The position numbers and the translations under genes are program-made. From IMG/VR virus record IMGVR_UViG_3300022555_000015: DNA of 24,780 bases, one strand, 5' to 3'. The notes beneath the pieces are model-generated. The model did no database searches. It saw nothing but the letters and a program-made list of their open reading frames with translations, and was not told the DNA's origin. Shown in pieces: positions 1 through 8,114 of this stretch (position 1 is the stretch's first letter; every line of letters starts with the position of its first letter). This stretch comes from a virus (taxonomy: Duplodnaviria; Heunggongvirae; Uroviricota; Caudoviricetes).

Positions 1-81
1 TTTGAGAACATACTGGGTTTCTTGGAGAAATATGTTCCTGGAGATGCCAAACAGATTCGGGGTTGTGTGGTAGAGACATGA
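1..81 (+). CDS. 3' end of an upstream CDS (partial, unknown function)
   Basis: Frame 1 is open from the window edge (FENILGFLEKYVPGDAKQIRGCVVET*). Its TGA (79-81) overlaps the ATG at 78 in an ATGA coupling. Confidence 0.6.
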   Translation, partial: FENILGFLEKYVPGDAKQIRGCVVET

Positions 82-875
82 GCAACGGAGACCCTAAGTG
101 TGAGTTATGTCATGGTAGGGGAGCACTGGATCTACCCCCAGATGAGAATGGTATCCCCAGGACTCAACGATGTGAGTGTGTTCTCATCCGAGATGTTGTT
201 CGAAACGTAGAGAGAGGGTGGAAGAAGCTCATCAGGGCTCCGGTGCTCAATGGTCCATCACCCTTGACAGAGAATGAAGCCAAAGACCTTTGGGTTACAG
301 CAAGTATGGGGATGCTTCAGACACATCTTCGGCACGTTGCTGTTCGTATGGGTCCAGACTGGGGTTTCAAGGTAGTGACGGATTCAGACCTGATGGTGGC
401 ATGGTTAGCCAATGCTTCCATGAAAGGGGAACGTATTTTTGATCCTGAAGCCCAGGCACCTGTATCCCAAGAAGTGATGACTCTTGTAGACCTGATGGAC
501 CCCCCAGAACTCTTGATCATTCGTCTAGGGGTGAAGTCAGCTAGAAACGCTGCGATGAATGAGGTTTTCCTGGAAGCCCTTACGCATCGTGCTCATGCTG
601 GTAAGCCAACCTGGATTGTGGATTCACCCCAACAGCCATTAGGGGAAGGTCACTTATGTTGGTCCTATGCCGTGAGTGAGTTCTTGGTAAACTGGACACG
701 GGTGAACTTAGGGGTATCTCCTGAAGAGTTCTTAGCTAACAGCTTTACCCCTGCCTCTGACCTATCTCTGACTCCTACAGGAAATGGGGCAAACACAGGG
801 GGTACAAAGCGAGTTACCGTACCCGGTATTGAGACACCTACCACCAAAGACCGTTGGAGTAAGAAGAAGCAATGA
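78..875 (+). CDS. DnaC/IstB-like helicase loader homolog with N-terminal Zn motif and degenerate Walker A/B
   Basis: CELCHGRG...RCEC zinc motif, then DLWVTASMGMLQTHL (Walker A position), PELLIIRLG (Walker B position) and FLEALTHRAHAGKPTWIV (resembles the DnaC C-terminal motif). Lies directly upstream of DnaB. ATG78 is preferred over the track's TTG63 because of the ATGA overlap. Confidence 0.65.
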   Translation: MSNGDPKCELCHGRGALDLPPDENGIPRTQRCECVLIRDVVRNVERGWKKLIRAPVLNGPSPLTENEAKDLWVTASMGMLQTHLRHVAVRMGPDWGFKVVTDSDLMVAWLANASMKGERIFDPEAQAPVSQEVMTLVDLMDPPELLIIRLGVKSARNAAMNEVFLEALTHRAHAGKPTWIVDSPQQPLGEGHLCWSYAVSEFLVNWTRVNLGVSPEEFLANSFTPASDLSLTPTGNGANTGGTKRVTVPGIETPTTKDRWSKKKQ

Positions 876-2392
876 AGTTACTCCTCCGATCCGTAGTCGC
901 CATTCCCCCGAATGACGATGAAGAGCTAGCCTTCAACAACTTCCTGGCTTTCCAGAGCTCAGGTTTAGGGTTTGATGTAGCAGAGGATGAAAGCATCTGG
1001 CAGTACATCCTGGAGTTTGCCAAGCTTCATCACCATTGCCCAAGCATCTCTACACTTCGGTCTCATTTCGAGCATTCCAAGCAGAATGAAGTCCTGGACA
1101 GGTTGGAACTCTTGTCCAACAGCCCAGCGATCTACCGTGGGGATTTTCTCAAAAGGTTGGAAGAGAAGTCTGAGGACCGCAGGATCAGGATGGTATCTGA
1201 CCTCCTTCGTGAGTCAGTACAGATTCTTCAGACAGGATTGGAAATCCGAGATGGCAAGAATGTCAAGCTCCTCAAGGGGCCTATGTCTGCCATCTATTAC
1301 ATTTCAGACAAGGCCCATGATATTGTAGCACCTACCCTTGGGGGCAAGATTTCAGGGGAGGCACTGTCAGATACCAAGGGTTTCAAGGATGAGTTTGATG
1401 CTGCCAAAGCATCCGGGAAAAGGACCGGACAGCATACAGGAATTCAGCAACTAGATGATTCTTTGAATGGTGCCTGGAAGAAGGAACTGTGGACTCATGC
1501 TGCCTTTACAGGGCACTTGAAGAGCACATTTGCCATCAACTTTGCCTACAATCAGGCTGTGTACTTCAAGTATGACTCCTGTATCTTCTCCCTGGAGATG
1601 CCCTATGAACAGGTTCGGAGGCTCCTGTTTGCCATCCATACCATGCACGGGAACTTCCGGGAGATTCGTAAGCAACTGAAGATTCAGGTTGGGGACACCG
1701 ATGTTGGGTTGGATTACGAAAAGATCCGAGATGGGACACTGAGCCCGATAGAGGAAAGGTTCCTCTTCGAATGGGTTGTCCCTGATCTTGACTCAGGGAA
1801 GTATGGGAAGATTCACATTGAGGTAGCGGACCCAAACAAGAGTGACTTCACCATTGCAGACCTTCAATCGAAGTCTGAGATTATCTATGCAAAGAGCCCC
1901 TTCCAACTTCTCATTGTAGACCATACAGGTCTGATGGCTCCTCGCAAGTGGGTGCCCAGTACCACTGAACGTCTCAATGAAGTTATCCGAGATTTGAAGA
2001 GACTCTCCATGTCTTTCAATCGTGGAGAGGGTATGGCTATTCTCAACCTTTTCCAGATCAGCCGGGAAGGCTTCAAATCTGCGGAAAAGAATGAAGGCAA
2101 ATACAATTTAACGCACCTGTCCTACTGTAATGAGTGCGAGAGGTCTTCGGACGTAGTTACGGCATCCTGGGTAGATGACAACCTTCGGAAGCAGAACAGG
2201 GGTGCCTTCCAGTGGCTCAAGACCAGAGACCGGCCACCTTTTGAAAGGTTCTACGTCAGGGTGGAATGGAAGTGTAGGAGACTTCTTACGTCCTATGATG
2301 TCCCCATGATTCCTTCGGATAAGAAGAAAATGGGAGACAAGATTGACTCCATCGCAAACATTAACAAGATCAACGAACTCCTAGATTCCTGA
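872..2392 (+). CDS. dnaB: DnaB-like replicative helicase
   Basis: AFTGHLKST (Walker A variant), IFSLEM, LLIVDHTGLM (Walker B), LNLFQISREG, CNECERSSDVV match the ordered DnaB/SF4 motifs. ATGA overlap with the upstream gene. Confidence 0.85.
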   Translation: MKLLLRSVVAIPPNDDEELAFNNFLAFQSSGLGFDVAEDESIWQYILEFAKLHHHCPSISTLRSHFEHSKQNEVLDRLELLSNSPAIYRGDFLKRLEEKSEDRRIRMVSDLLRESVQILQTGLEIRDGKNVKLLKGPMSAIYYISDKAHDIVAPTLGGKISGEALSDTKGFKDEFDAAKASGKRTGQHTGIQQLDDSLNGAWKKELWTHAAFTGHLKSTFAINFAYNQAVYFKYDSCIFSLEMPYEQVRRLLFAIHTMHGNFREIRKQLKIQVGDTDVGLDYEKIRDGTLSPIEERFLFEWVVPDLDSGKYGKIHIEVADPNKSDFTIADLQSKSEIIYAKSPFQLLIVDHTGLMAPRKWVPSTTERLNEVIRDLKRLSMSFNRGEGMAILNLFQISREGFKSAEKNEGKYNLTHLSYCNECERSSDVVTASWVDDNLRKQNRGAFQWLKTRDRPPFERFYVRVEWKCRRLLTSYDVPMIPSDKKKMGDKIDSIANINKINELLDS

Positions 2393-2970
2393 TGGCACTC
2401 TCACCCCGTAGTCAACGCAGAGTAGACCGTATCCATCAGGAGATACCTATTACACAGGTTCTCTCCACTTATGGTTACCTAGTCCATGGGGAGGGTGCCA
2501 GAGAAGAACAGTTTCCTTGTGACCTTCATGGTGACGGGCATGACTCCAAGCCGTCGGCTCGCATCTACCCAGAGAGCAACCAGTTCTTCTGTTTTGCTTG
2601 TGGTAAATCCAGGGATGCAATTCAACTGATTCGAGAGAAAGAGGGCATTCCTTTCACGGATGCCCTCAAACTCCTGGAGACTCGGTTCGGGTTGAGCCCT
2701 CTACCGTGGGAGGAAGAGGATAGGCCCACACAGGAGGTTTTCTTCAAGGACCAGCCTGCCCATACCTATGAAGAGGAAGCACATAGGGCAGAGAGACTAT
2801 TGATCAATCTAACGGATGAGCAAGAACTTCCGATGAAGACTCTTTTGGGTCTATGGGAAGCTTTTGACTTGGTACTGTATCAACGAGAGAAAGACGGGGA
2901 TGAGAGGCAACTCTTGGTGAGTATGACTAAGATCCGTCATAGGGCTCTGAAAGCTCTACAGGAACAGTGA
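2392..2970 (+). CDS. CHC2 zinc-finger protein (DnaG primase zinc-binding domain, no TOPRIM domain)
   Basis: FPCDLHGDGHDSKPSARIY...FFCFACGKSRDAIQLIREKEGIPFTDALKLL is a typical DnaG zinc-binding domain. The remaining ~85 aa are too short for a catalytic domain. Confidence 0.8.
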   Translation: MALSPRSQRRVDRIHQEIPITQVLSTYGYLVHGEGAREEQFPCDLHGDGHDSKPSARIYPESNQFFCFACGKSRDAIQLIREKEGIPFTDALKLLETRFGLSPLPWEEEDRPTQEVFFKDQPAHTYEEEAHRAERLLINLTDEQELPMKTLLGLWEAFDLVLYQREKDGDERQLLVSMTKIRHRALKALQEQ

Positions 2971-2976
2971 GGGATT

Positions 2977-3282
2977 ATGATTTGTACTAAGTGTGGTCAA
3001 AACTACGATAGTACCTTCCACATCTGCCCCAATGAGTTGATACACCAATATCCTCCTGGCACTATCCCAGAGAATGCTGCACCAGTCCCTAACCCTTTCC
3101 TTCAGTACAGGATTGAGGGTTTGGACAAGCTGGTAGTAGTTTTGAACCGACTAGCTCTTCTAGGTGAGAAACCTGGGAATGGGGACAGGATCGAAGCTCA
3201 ACTGGAGAGGGTTGCTGGTTCTTTGGAGAGAGTCAACTCTTCCCTGGAGAGGATTGTTTCTCTCCTGGATCGGATATCCTAG
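2977..3282 (+). CDS. Hypothetical protein with N-terminal Cys motif and C-terminal heptad repeats
   Basis: SD-like GAGGG before the ATG. CTKC...HIC at the N-terminus. LERVAGS-LERVNSS-LERIVSL-LDRIS heptads at the C-terminus. Confidence 0.65.
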   Translation: MICTKCGQNYDSTFHICPNELIHQYPPGTIPENAAPVPNPFLQYRIEGLDKLVVVLNRLALLGEKPGNGDRIEAQLERVAGSLERVNSSLERIVSLLDRIS

Positions 3283-3708
3283 GTGCAAGGGTTCGCTATA
3301 GGCACCCTCCCAGACCCAGCCTGGGGACACCCCAAGGTAGCCAGAGTCATACCCAAAGGAGAGGACCCTTGGGGTATTCTGGCACCCCTGAAGGGTTTGG
3401 AGCCGTGGGGTGACCTGATCCCGGTGATTTCTGAGGATATCTATGATCAAGCTGTTCGGGGGTATGTCACCCCTCTGATGAAGGTCATTGGGTATGCCCC
3501 GAAAGATTGTGCCAAGAAGGTTGCAGGGGAAGCCTCCTTTTGTAAGATCAGGAAGAAGTGTATCAATGCTTGTGAGGACTGCCATCCTGGGCCAAAGATG
3601 CCCGATTGTTGGGAAGCACCCCTCACGGACTTCTACACGTCCAATGCGGCTTCTTCCCTAGCCCGTCTTTGGAGAGATGGTATCTATGTGATCGTAGTAG
3701 GACTGTAG
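3283..3708 (+). CDS. Hypothetical Cys-rich protein
   Basis: 141-aa ORF with a GTG start and six Cys in the C-terminal half (CAKK...FCKIRKKCINACEDC...DCW). Fits the + strand operon. Confidence 0.6.
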   Translation: MQGFAIGTLPDPAWGHPKVARVIPKGEDPWGILAPLKGLEPWGDLIPVISEDIYDQAVRGYVTPLMKVIGYAPKDCAKKVAGEASFCKIRKKCINACEDCHPGPKMPDCWEAPLTDFYTSNAASSLARLWRDGIYVIVVGL

Positions 3709-4043
3709 AACATCATGTAGAAAGCCGCTGCGGGGCCACCAGTATCGTCGGGGCCTGAGTAGCGTCCCTTGGGGAGACCTACTTTGAACTTGCCCTTCCA
3801 AACCCTGCCATCCCCCCAGACAGCTTTGGGCATCCCTACAATCCTAGGTCCAATCCAGATTTCCCCGGTATCGTATCTAGCGACGGGGAGCCCCACCATG
3901 TAGGGGCCTACCCATACCGCACCGTTGGCAAAACGAGCGTCCGGGAGTCCTACAGCGAAGTTGTTCAGCCATAGAGAGGATTCCTTGTAGACAATCCTTG
4001 GCCGACCAACCATGTAGATACTGGGCCAGAAATAGTGAACCAC
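3684..4043 (-). CDS. Hypothetical protein made of five 19-aa repeats (VGxP...W)
   Basis: VGRP/VGLP/VGLP/VGMP/VGLP recur at an exact 57-nt period (plus-strand anchors 3999, 3942, 3885, 3828, 3771). The start is uncertain (GTG4043 or ATG4013). Confidence 0.6.
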   Translation of the reverse strand: MVHYFWPSIYMVGRPRIVYKESSLWLNNFAVGLPDARFANGAVWVGPYMVGLPVARYDTGEIWIGPRIVGMPKAVWGDGRVWKGKFKVGLPKGRYSGPDDTGGPAAAFYMMFYSPTTIT

Positions 4044-4068
4044 AAATCACCTGACTGATAGAGGGAAT

Positions 4069-4683
4069 ATGAAGACGAGAACCTGGGAATCGGTACTGAT
4101 CATGTACGTTGGCCCCATGTGGGGAGAGAAGAGTACCAATCTAGTACGGGAAGCCTCCAGGGCGAAGCGAGCTCAATGTAAGATTGATGTCTTTGTACCT
4201 GCCACTGATACCCGCAGTAAGGGGCAGGTAAGGACTCATACTGGAGTTGATCTCTCCACGATTGGGATTACCCCTAAGATAGTAAATAGTTCCAAGGATA
4301 TGTGGGTCCATCGCAAGAAGGATGCAGAACTCCATATCCTGGATGAAGTCCATCTCTGGGACGATGAGCTTCCCATATATGTTGAGAAACTTCTGGCTCT
4401 TGGGAAAGGTGTAGTCTGTGCCGGTTTAGATATGGACTCTGAAGGGAATCCCATTGGACCCGTTCCTACTCTTCTCTGTAGAGCACAGAAGATTGTCAAG
4501 TGTACAGCAATATGTTCCTGTGGGGCAGAGGCAGACAGGACTCTAGCTATTGTACCGAAGACCGGACAGGTACTTGTCGGTGCTGGGGAGTTCTATGTGC
4601 CAAAGTGCTTTGCTTGTTGGTCCCTTGCAATGAAGCACAGGAAACTCAAGGCTGCGGGTGTGCTGAAGGGTCATAGGGCGTAA
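4069..4683 (+). CDS. tdk: Thymidine kinase (TK1/type II family)
   Basis: GPMWGEKST P-loop, ILDEVH, VVCAGLDMDSEG, TAICSCG...VLVGAGEFYVPKCFAC zinc lasso. SD GAGGG. Confidence 0.9.
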   Translation: MKTRTWESVLIMYVGPMWGEKSTNLVREASRAKRAQCKIDVFVPATDTRSKGQVRTHTGVDLSTIGITPKIVNSSKDMWVHRKKDAELHILDEVHLWDDELPIYVEKLLALGKGVVCAGLDMDSEGNPIGPVPTLLCRAQKIVKCTAICSCGAEADRTLAIVPKTGQVLVGAGEFYVPKCFACWSLAMKHRKLKAAGVLKGHRA

Positions 4684-4712
4684 TAGATCAGTCAGGGGGC
4701 TAGGGAGAAAAC

Positions 4713-7412
4713 ATGGCCGAGCAGGATGTCTTTGCTTTTCTTGAGGATGCCCACAAGGTCAAGGTTACTCCAAAGCCGTGGATGACTTCTGGTGAGTTTA
4801 AGTTCGAACTTGTCACAACCAATACCCTCCCCTACATCATTGATCTCTGTATTGCTAGCAAGCAATACTCCTTGGACCTTGAAACCACTGGGCTCGATAA
4901 CCGGGTCTACGATGGTGAAACGGTCTGTAAAATTGTAGGTATCTGTCTTTCCCCGGATGGCAAGGCAGGGTACTACATACCTATCCGACACAAGGGAGAA
5001 GGGGAAAAGCACAACATCAGCTATACACTTGTCAAGAGTGAGATGCTGAGACTCATCAACTCAAACTCAATTGCCATCTTCCACAACGGCAAGTTTGATC
5101 AGGAATTCCTACAGTTCTGTGGGGGAGAGCCAATGGGAGAGTGGGATCAGCCCAAGAAGTGGGAAGATTCCATGATCCTTGCGTATCTGTGGGATTCAAG
5201 GATGAAGAGGAAGGGCCTCAAGCTCCTGTCAGGTGAGTACCTGCAAATGGAGATGATTGAGCTTGAGGAACTATTCCCAGAGGATCAACGGAAGATTGGC
5301 CGTCTGGACTTCTCCACACTGGACCCCTCTCAGGAATATGTCATCTGGTATGCCTGTTCGGATGCCATCTGTACCTTCAGGTTGAAGGATCGGTTCTATC
5401 CAGAAGTCATGGACAGAGGGGATGGGACTACTTCCCAGAGTGGTATCTACAATATCGAGAAGGGTTGTATTGCAGCAATCCGATGGATAGAACGTACTCG
5501 GGTTCTGATGGACCATGAGAAGACCAAGGATCTTATCCGTTTAGGTCAGAAGGAATGGTTTGATTCGCTGGAGGAAGTCTACAAAACTGCCAGTGAGATT
5601 TTAGGTAGGGATCTCAGACCTGGATACTACCGTTTGATGCGTGGGGATGTAGACACACAGCCCCCAGCCTACCCTACCTGTAAGTTTGATCCAAATGAAG
5701 TATCCCCTAAATACATGGATCAGGTGAACCGTGCTCGGGGGGCTTCGGCCAAGAATTACCTAGACCCTTTGGGTCCTAATGACAAGATACAGACGGTCAC
5801 AAAGCAAGTCCTGAAGCTTGCCAAGCCTCCAGAGAAGGGGCCTCATAAGAATGAGGAAAGGCAGAAGCCATCTAAGGAGATGGAGCCTGTGGAGTTCCCT
5901 GTAGTCTACGATGTTCTGGTAGCAGAGAAACTCGGGTTGCTCCTTCGGGAGCTACAGGTTCCAGGACTGGTTGCTACTGAGAAATCTGGGCAGGTAGCTA
6001 CCTCTGCCGAAGAGCTTGACAGGGTACTGGAAGAAGTAGGAGACAAGTTCCCGTTTGCTGCCAAGGTCAAGCGATTTCGTGAGACTGCCAAGGCATTAGG
6101 GACATATTTGCTCCCTATCTTGGAGGACAGTGACAAGTATCATACTCTGAAGCCCAACTTTGAATCCCTGAGTGCAGATACCGGCAGGTTCACAGCCCCG
6201 GCTTCCAAGCATCCAGAGATTGATGGGGGTACATCCTTCCCCTTCCATGGGACACCCTCTACTTACGACCCTAAGCGACCGGAGTGCCTGGGGCGTATTC
6301 GGGAGTGTATTATCCCACGTCCTGGGAAGTTCATTGTTGCTCTTGACTTTGCGGGTGAGGAACTTCGTATTGTCACAAATCTTTCTTGTGAACCTCTCTG
6401 GCTAAACGAGTTCTTCAGGTGTAGTAGTTGCAGTCTTGTCTTTGACCGTGGGGATGGGAAAACTACTCCGAAAGCACCCCCACATTTCTGTCCCAAGTGT
6501 GGGTCAGACAAGATAGGTGATCTCCACACCCTGACGGCACTGAATGTCTACGGTCCAGATTCGATAAAGCAGCCAAATTGGAAGGATCTTCGACAAAACG
6601 GGAAAACTTGTAACTTTGCCCTAGCTTACGGAGGTTCTGGGCACGCTGTCTGTGCAGCTACGGGTTGCCATCGAGAAGAGGGCTATCGGATCAAGGACCA
6701 GTTCGATAAGACCTACACGGGTCTTCGAACTTGGTGGGATACGATGGTGGCTTTTGCCAAGAGGTATAAGTGCATTGTCACATCTTTTGGTAGAAGATAC
6801 CCATTACCGGATATAGACCATGAGCTTGGAGGTTTCAGAGCCAAAGCTGAACGGAATGCGGTGAATGGTCCTGTGCAGGCACTTGGGGCCGACATGATCA
6901 AATTGGCTATGTTCTTGGTGTACAAGGAGTGTAAGGCCCGTAGTTGGTTGGAGAAGGTTCACATGCTTCTCACCATGCACGATGAACTTGTATTTGAGAT
7001 TGACTATGATATCATCGAGGAAGCTATTGATACCTTCATCCCAATTATGACTTCCAATCAGGCTATCATACGGCAGAATTGGCCCGTACCCTTTACATCT
7101 GACGTGGAACTCGGTAAGGACTACACAGTCAAATGGGATTTGCAGAAGATTGCCAAGTCAGGGGAGTGGCCGGAAGAACTCAAAGGTCTGTTCCCGAAGA
7201 GGCAAGCTCAAACAGCGAAGCCTAGGGAAGATGTACAGGGCTCAAAGTCTACTGAGACGAAAGACGAGAAAACCTATAAGGTAGAGAAGTGGGGTCCTGG
7301 AGAGATGGAGAGGATGGCAGCTTACATCGCAGAAAAGGGACTCCCGGAGAAGGTGTTAGGACCAGACGGTGAGGACTTCACGGTCTTCTTGAAGAGAGCC
7401 TGGGAAACATGA
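4713..7412 (+). CDS. polA: Family A DNA polymerase (3'-5' exonuclease plus polymerase, no 5'-3' exonuclease)
   Basis: ExoI LDLETTG, ExoII FHNGKFD, ExoIII YACSDA. TGRF, motif A ALDFAGEELR, motif B RQNGKTCNFALAYG, AERNAVNGPVQ, motif C LTMHDELVFE. Confidence 0.95.
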   Translation: MAEQDVFAFLEDAHKVKVTPKPWMTSGEFKFELVTTNTLPYIIDLCIASKQYSLDLETTGLDNRVYDGETVCKIVGICLSPDGKAGYYIPIRHKGEGEKHNISYTLVKSEMLRLINSNSIAIFHNGKFDQEFLQFCGGEPMGEWDQPKKWEDSMILAYLWDSRMKRKGLKLLSGEYLQMEMIELEELFPEDQRKIGRLDFSTLDPSQEYVIWYACSDAICTFRLKDRFYPEVMDRGDGTTSQSGIYNIEKGCIAAIRWIERTRVLMDHEKTKDLIRLGQKEWFDSLEEVYKTASEILGRDLRPGYYRLMRGDVDTQPPAYPTCKFDPNEVSPKYMDQVNRARGASAKNYLDPLGPNDKIQTVTKQVLKLAKPPEKGPHKNEERQKPSKEMEPVEFPVVYDVLVAEKLGLLLRELQVPGLVATEKSGQVATSAEELDRVLEEVGDKFPFAAKVKRFRETAKALGTYLLPILEDSDKYHTLKPNFESLSADTGRFTAPASKHPEIDGGTSFPFHGTPSTYDPKRPECLGRIRECIIPRPGKFIVALDFAGEELRIVTNLSCEPLWLNEFFRCSSCSLVFDRGDGKTTPKAPPHFCPKCGSDKIGDLHTLTALNVYGPDSIKQPNWKDLRQNGKTCNFALAYGGSGHAVCAATGCHREEGYRIKDQFDKTYTGLRTWWDTMVAFAKRYKCIVTSFGRRYPLPDIDHELGGFRAKAERNAVNGPVQALGADMIKLAMFLVYKECKARSWLEKVHMLLTMHDELVFEIDYDIIEEAIDTFIPIMTSNQAIIRQNWPVPFTSDVELGKDYTVKWDLQKIAKSGEWPEELKGLFPKRQAQTAKPREDVQGSKSTETKDEKTYKVEKWGPGEMERMAAYIAEKGLPEKVLGPDGEDFTVFLKRAWET

Positions 7413-8113
7413 AGCATCGAGGACCCCGTAGGCTACCTTCCGGTTGGATGGAGAATGTTCCCACGGGAGATGAACCTACCAACAAGCAAGACCTTCTAGG
7501 AGAGTGCAATACCCAAGGACTTGCTCCTCGGGATTTCATGTCGGTCTTCTGCCTACGATGTAGGAACCATGGGTGTTCCAACGCAGGTTGGGCTAACTCC
7601 AAGTGGGAAGCTCGAATGATGACTCAGGAGGAAAGACTCCTGTATAAGCCGAGCTTTGCAGACCCCGAAGATCCTAGGTTTCAACCTGTTCGGGAAGTTG
7701 ACTTCCCCTTGATATTGCAGGAAGCTATCAGGTTGGAGAGTAGACGGGGTAATGATGATTGGGACCTTATGCCTGAAGTTCAAGAAACCCTGCAAGTCCA
7801 ACCAGAACTTCCTGTGATTATCGTTCCAGTACCTAAGTCAGAGCCCACGGTTCAGACTCCTGTTCCTGTTCCTGTCCCTGTTCCTGTCCCCCTCCCTGCC
7901 CATGTTCCTCTCCCCGTTACGAATCCTCCAACACATTCAGTCGAGAATACTGATTTCCCGGAAGAAGGGGTGATGCTAGGTGGGGCACCCAAACCTCAAC
8001 CTCCTTCAGCAACCTCAACATCCCCTAGACCTACCCCTATAGCTGATCCTTGGGCACCCAAACCTAAAGAGAGGGTTGTAGCGCCTGGGGCTAAGATCAA
8101 GATGGGAGGGTGA
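7409..8113 (+). CDS. Hypothetical protein, Cys cluster plus Pro-rich C-terminus
   Basis: ATGA overlap with polA. C...FCLRCRNHGC motif and PV repeats. Confidence 0.7.
   Translation: MKHRGPRRLPSGWMENVPTGDEPTNKQDLLGECNTQGLAPRDFMSVFCLRCRNHGCSNAGWANSKWEARMMTQEERLLYKPSFADPEDPRFQPVREVDFPLILQEAIRLESRRGNDDWDLMPEVQETLQVQPELPVIIVPVPKSEPTVQTPVPVPVPVPVPLPAHVPLPVTNPPTHSVENTDFPEEGVMLGGAPKPQPPSATSTSPRPTPIADPWAPKPKERVVAPGAKIKMGG
7859..7888 (+). repeat. 5 x CCTGT(T/C) tandem repeat encoding (PV)5
   Basis: cctgtt cctgtt cctgtc cctgtt cctgtc read directly from the sequence. Confidence 0.85.
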
Positions 8114-8114
8114 C

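Noticed and set aside
3771-4010. CRISPR-like periodic repeat (57-nt period)
   Set aside because: The units are highly degenerate at DNA level and conserved only as protein, so this is a coding repeat.
5613-6518. Inteins in PolA
   Set aside because: Neither insertion has the N-terminal C/S plus C-terminal HN-C/S/T splice signature or LAGLIDADG motifs.
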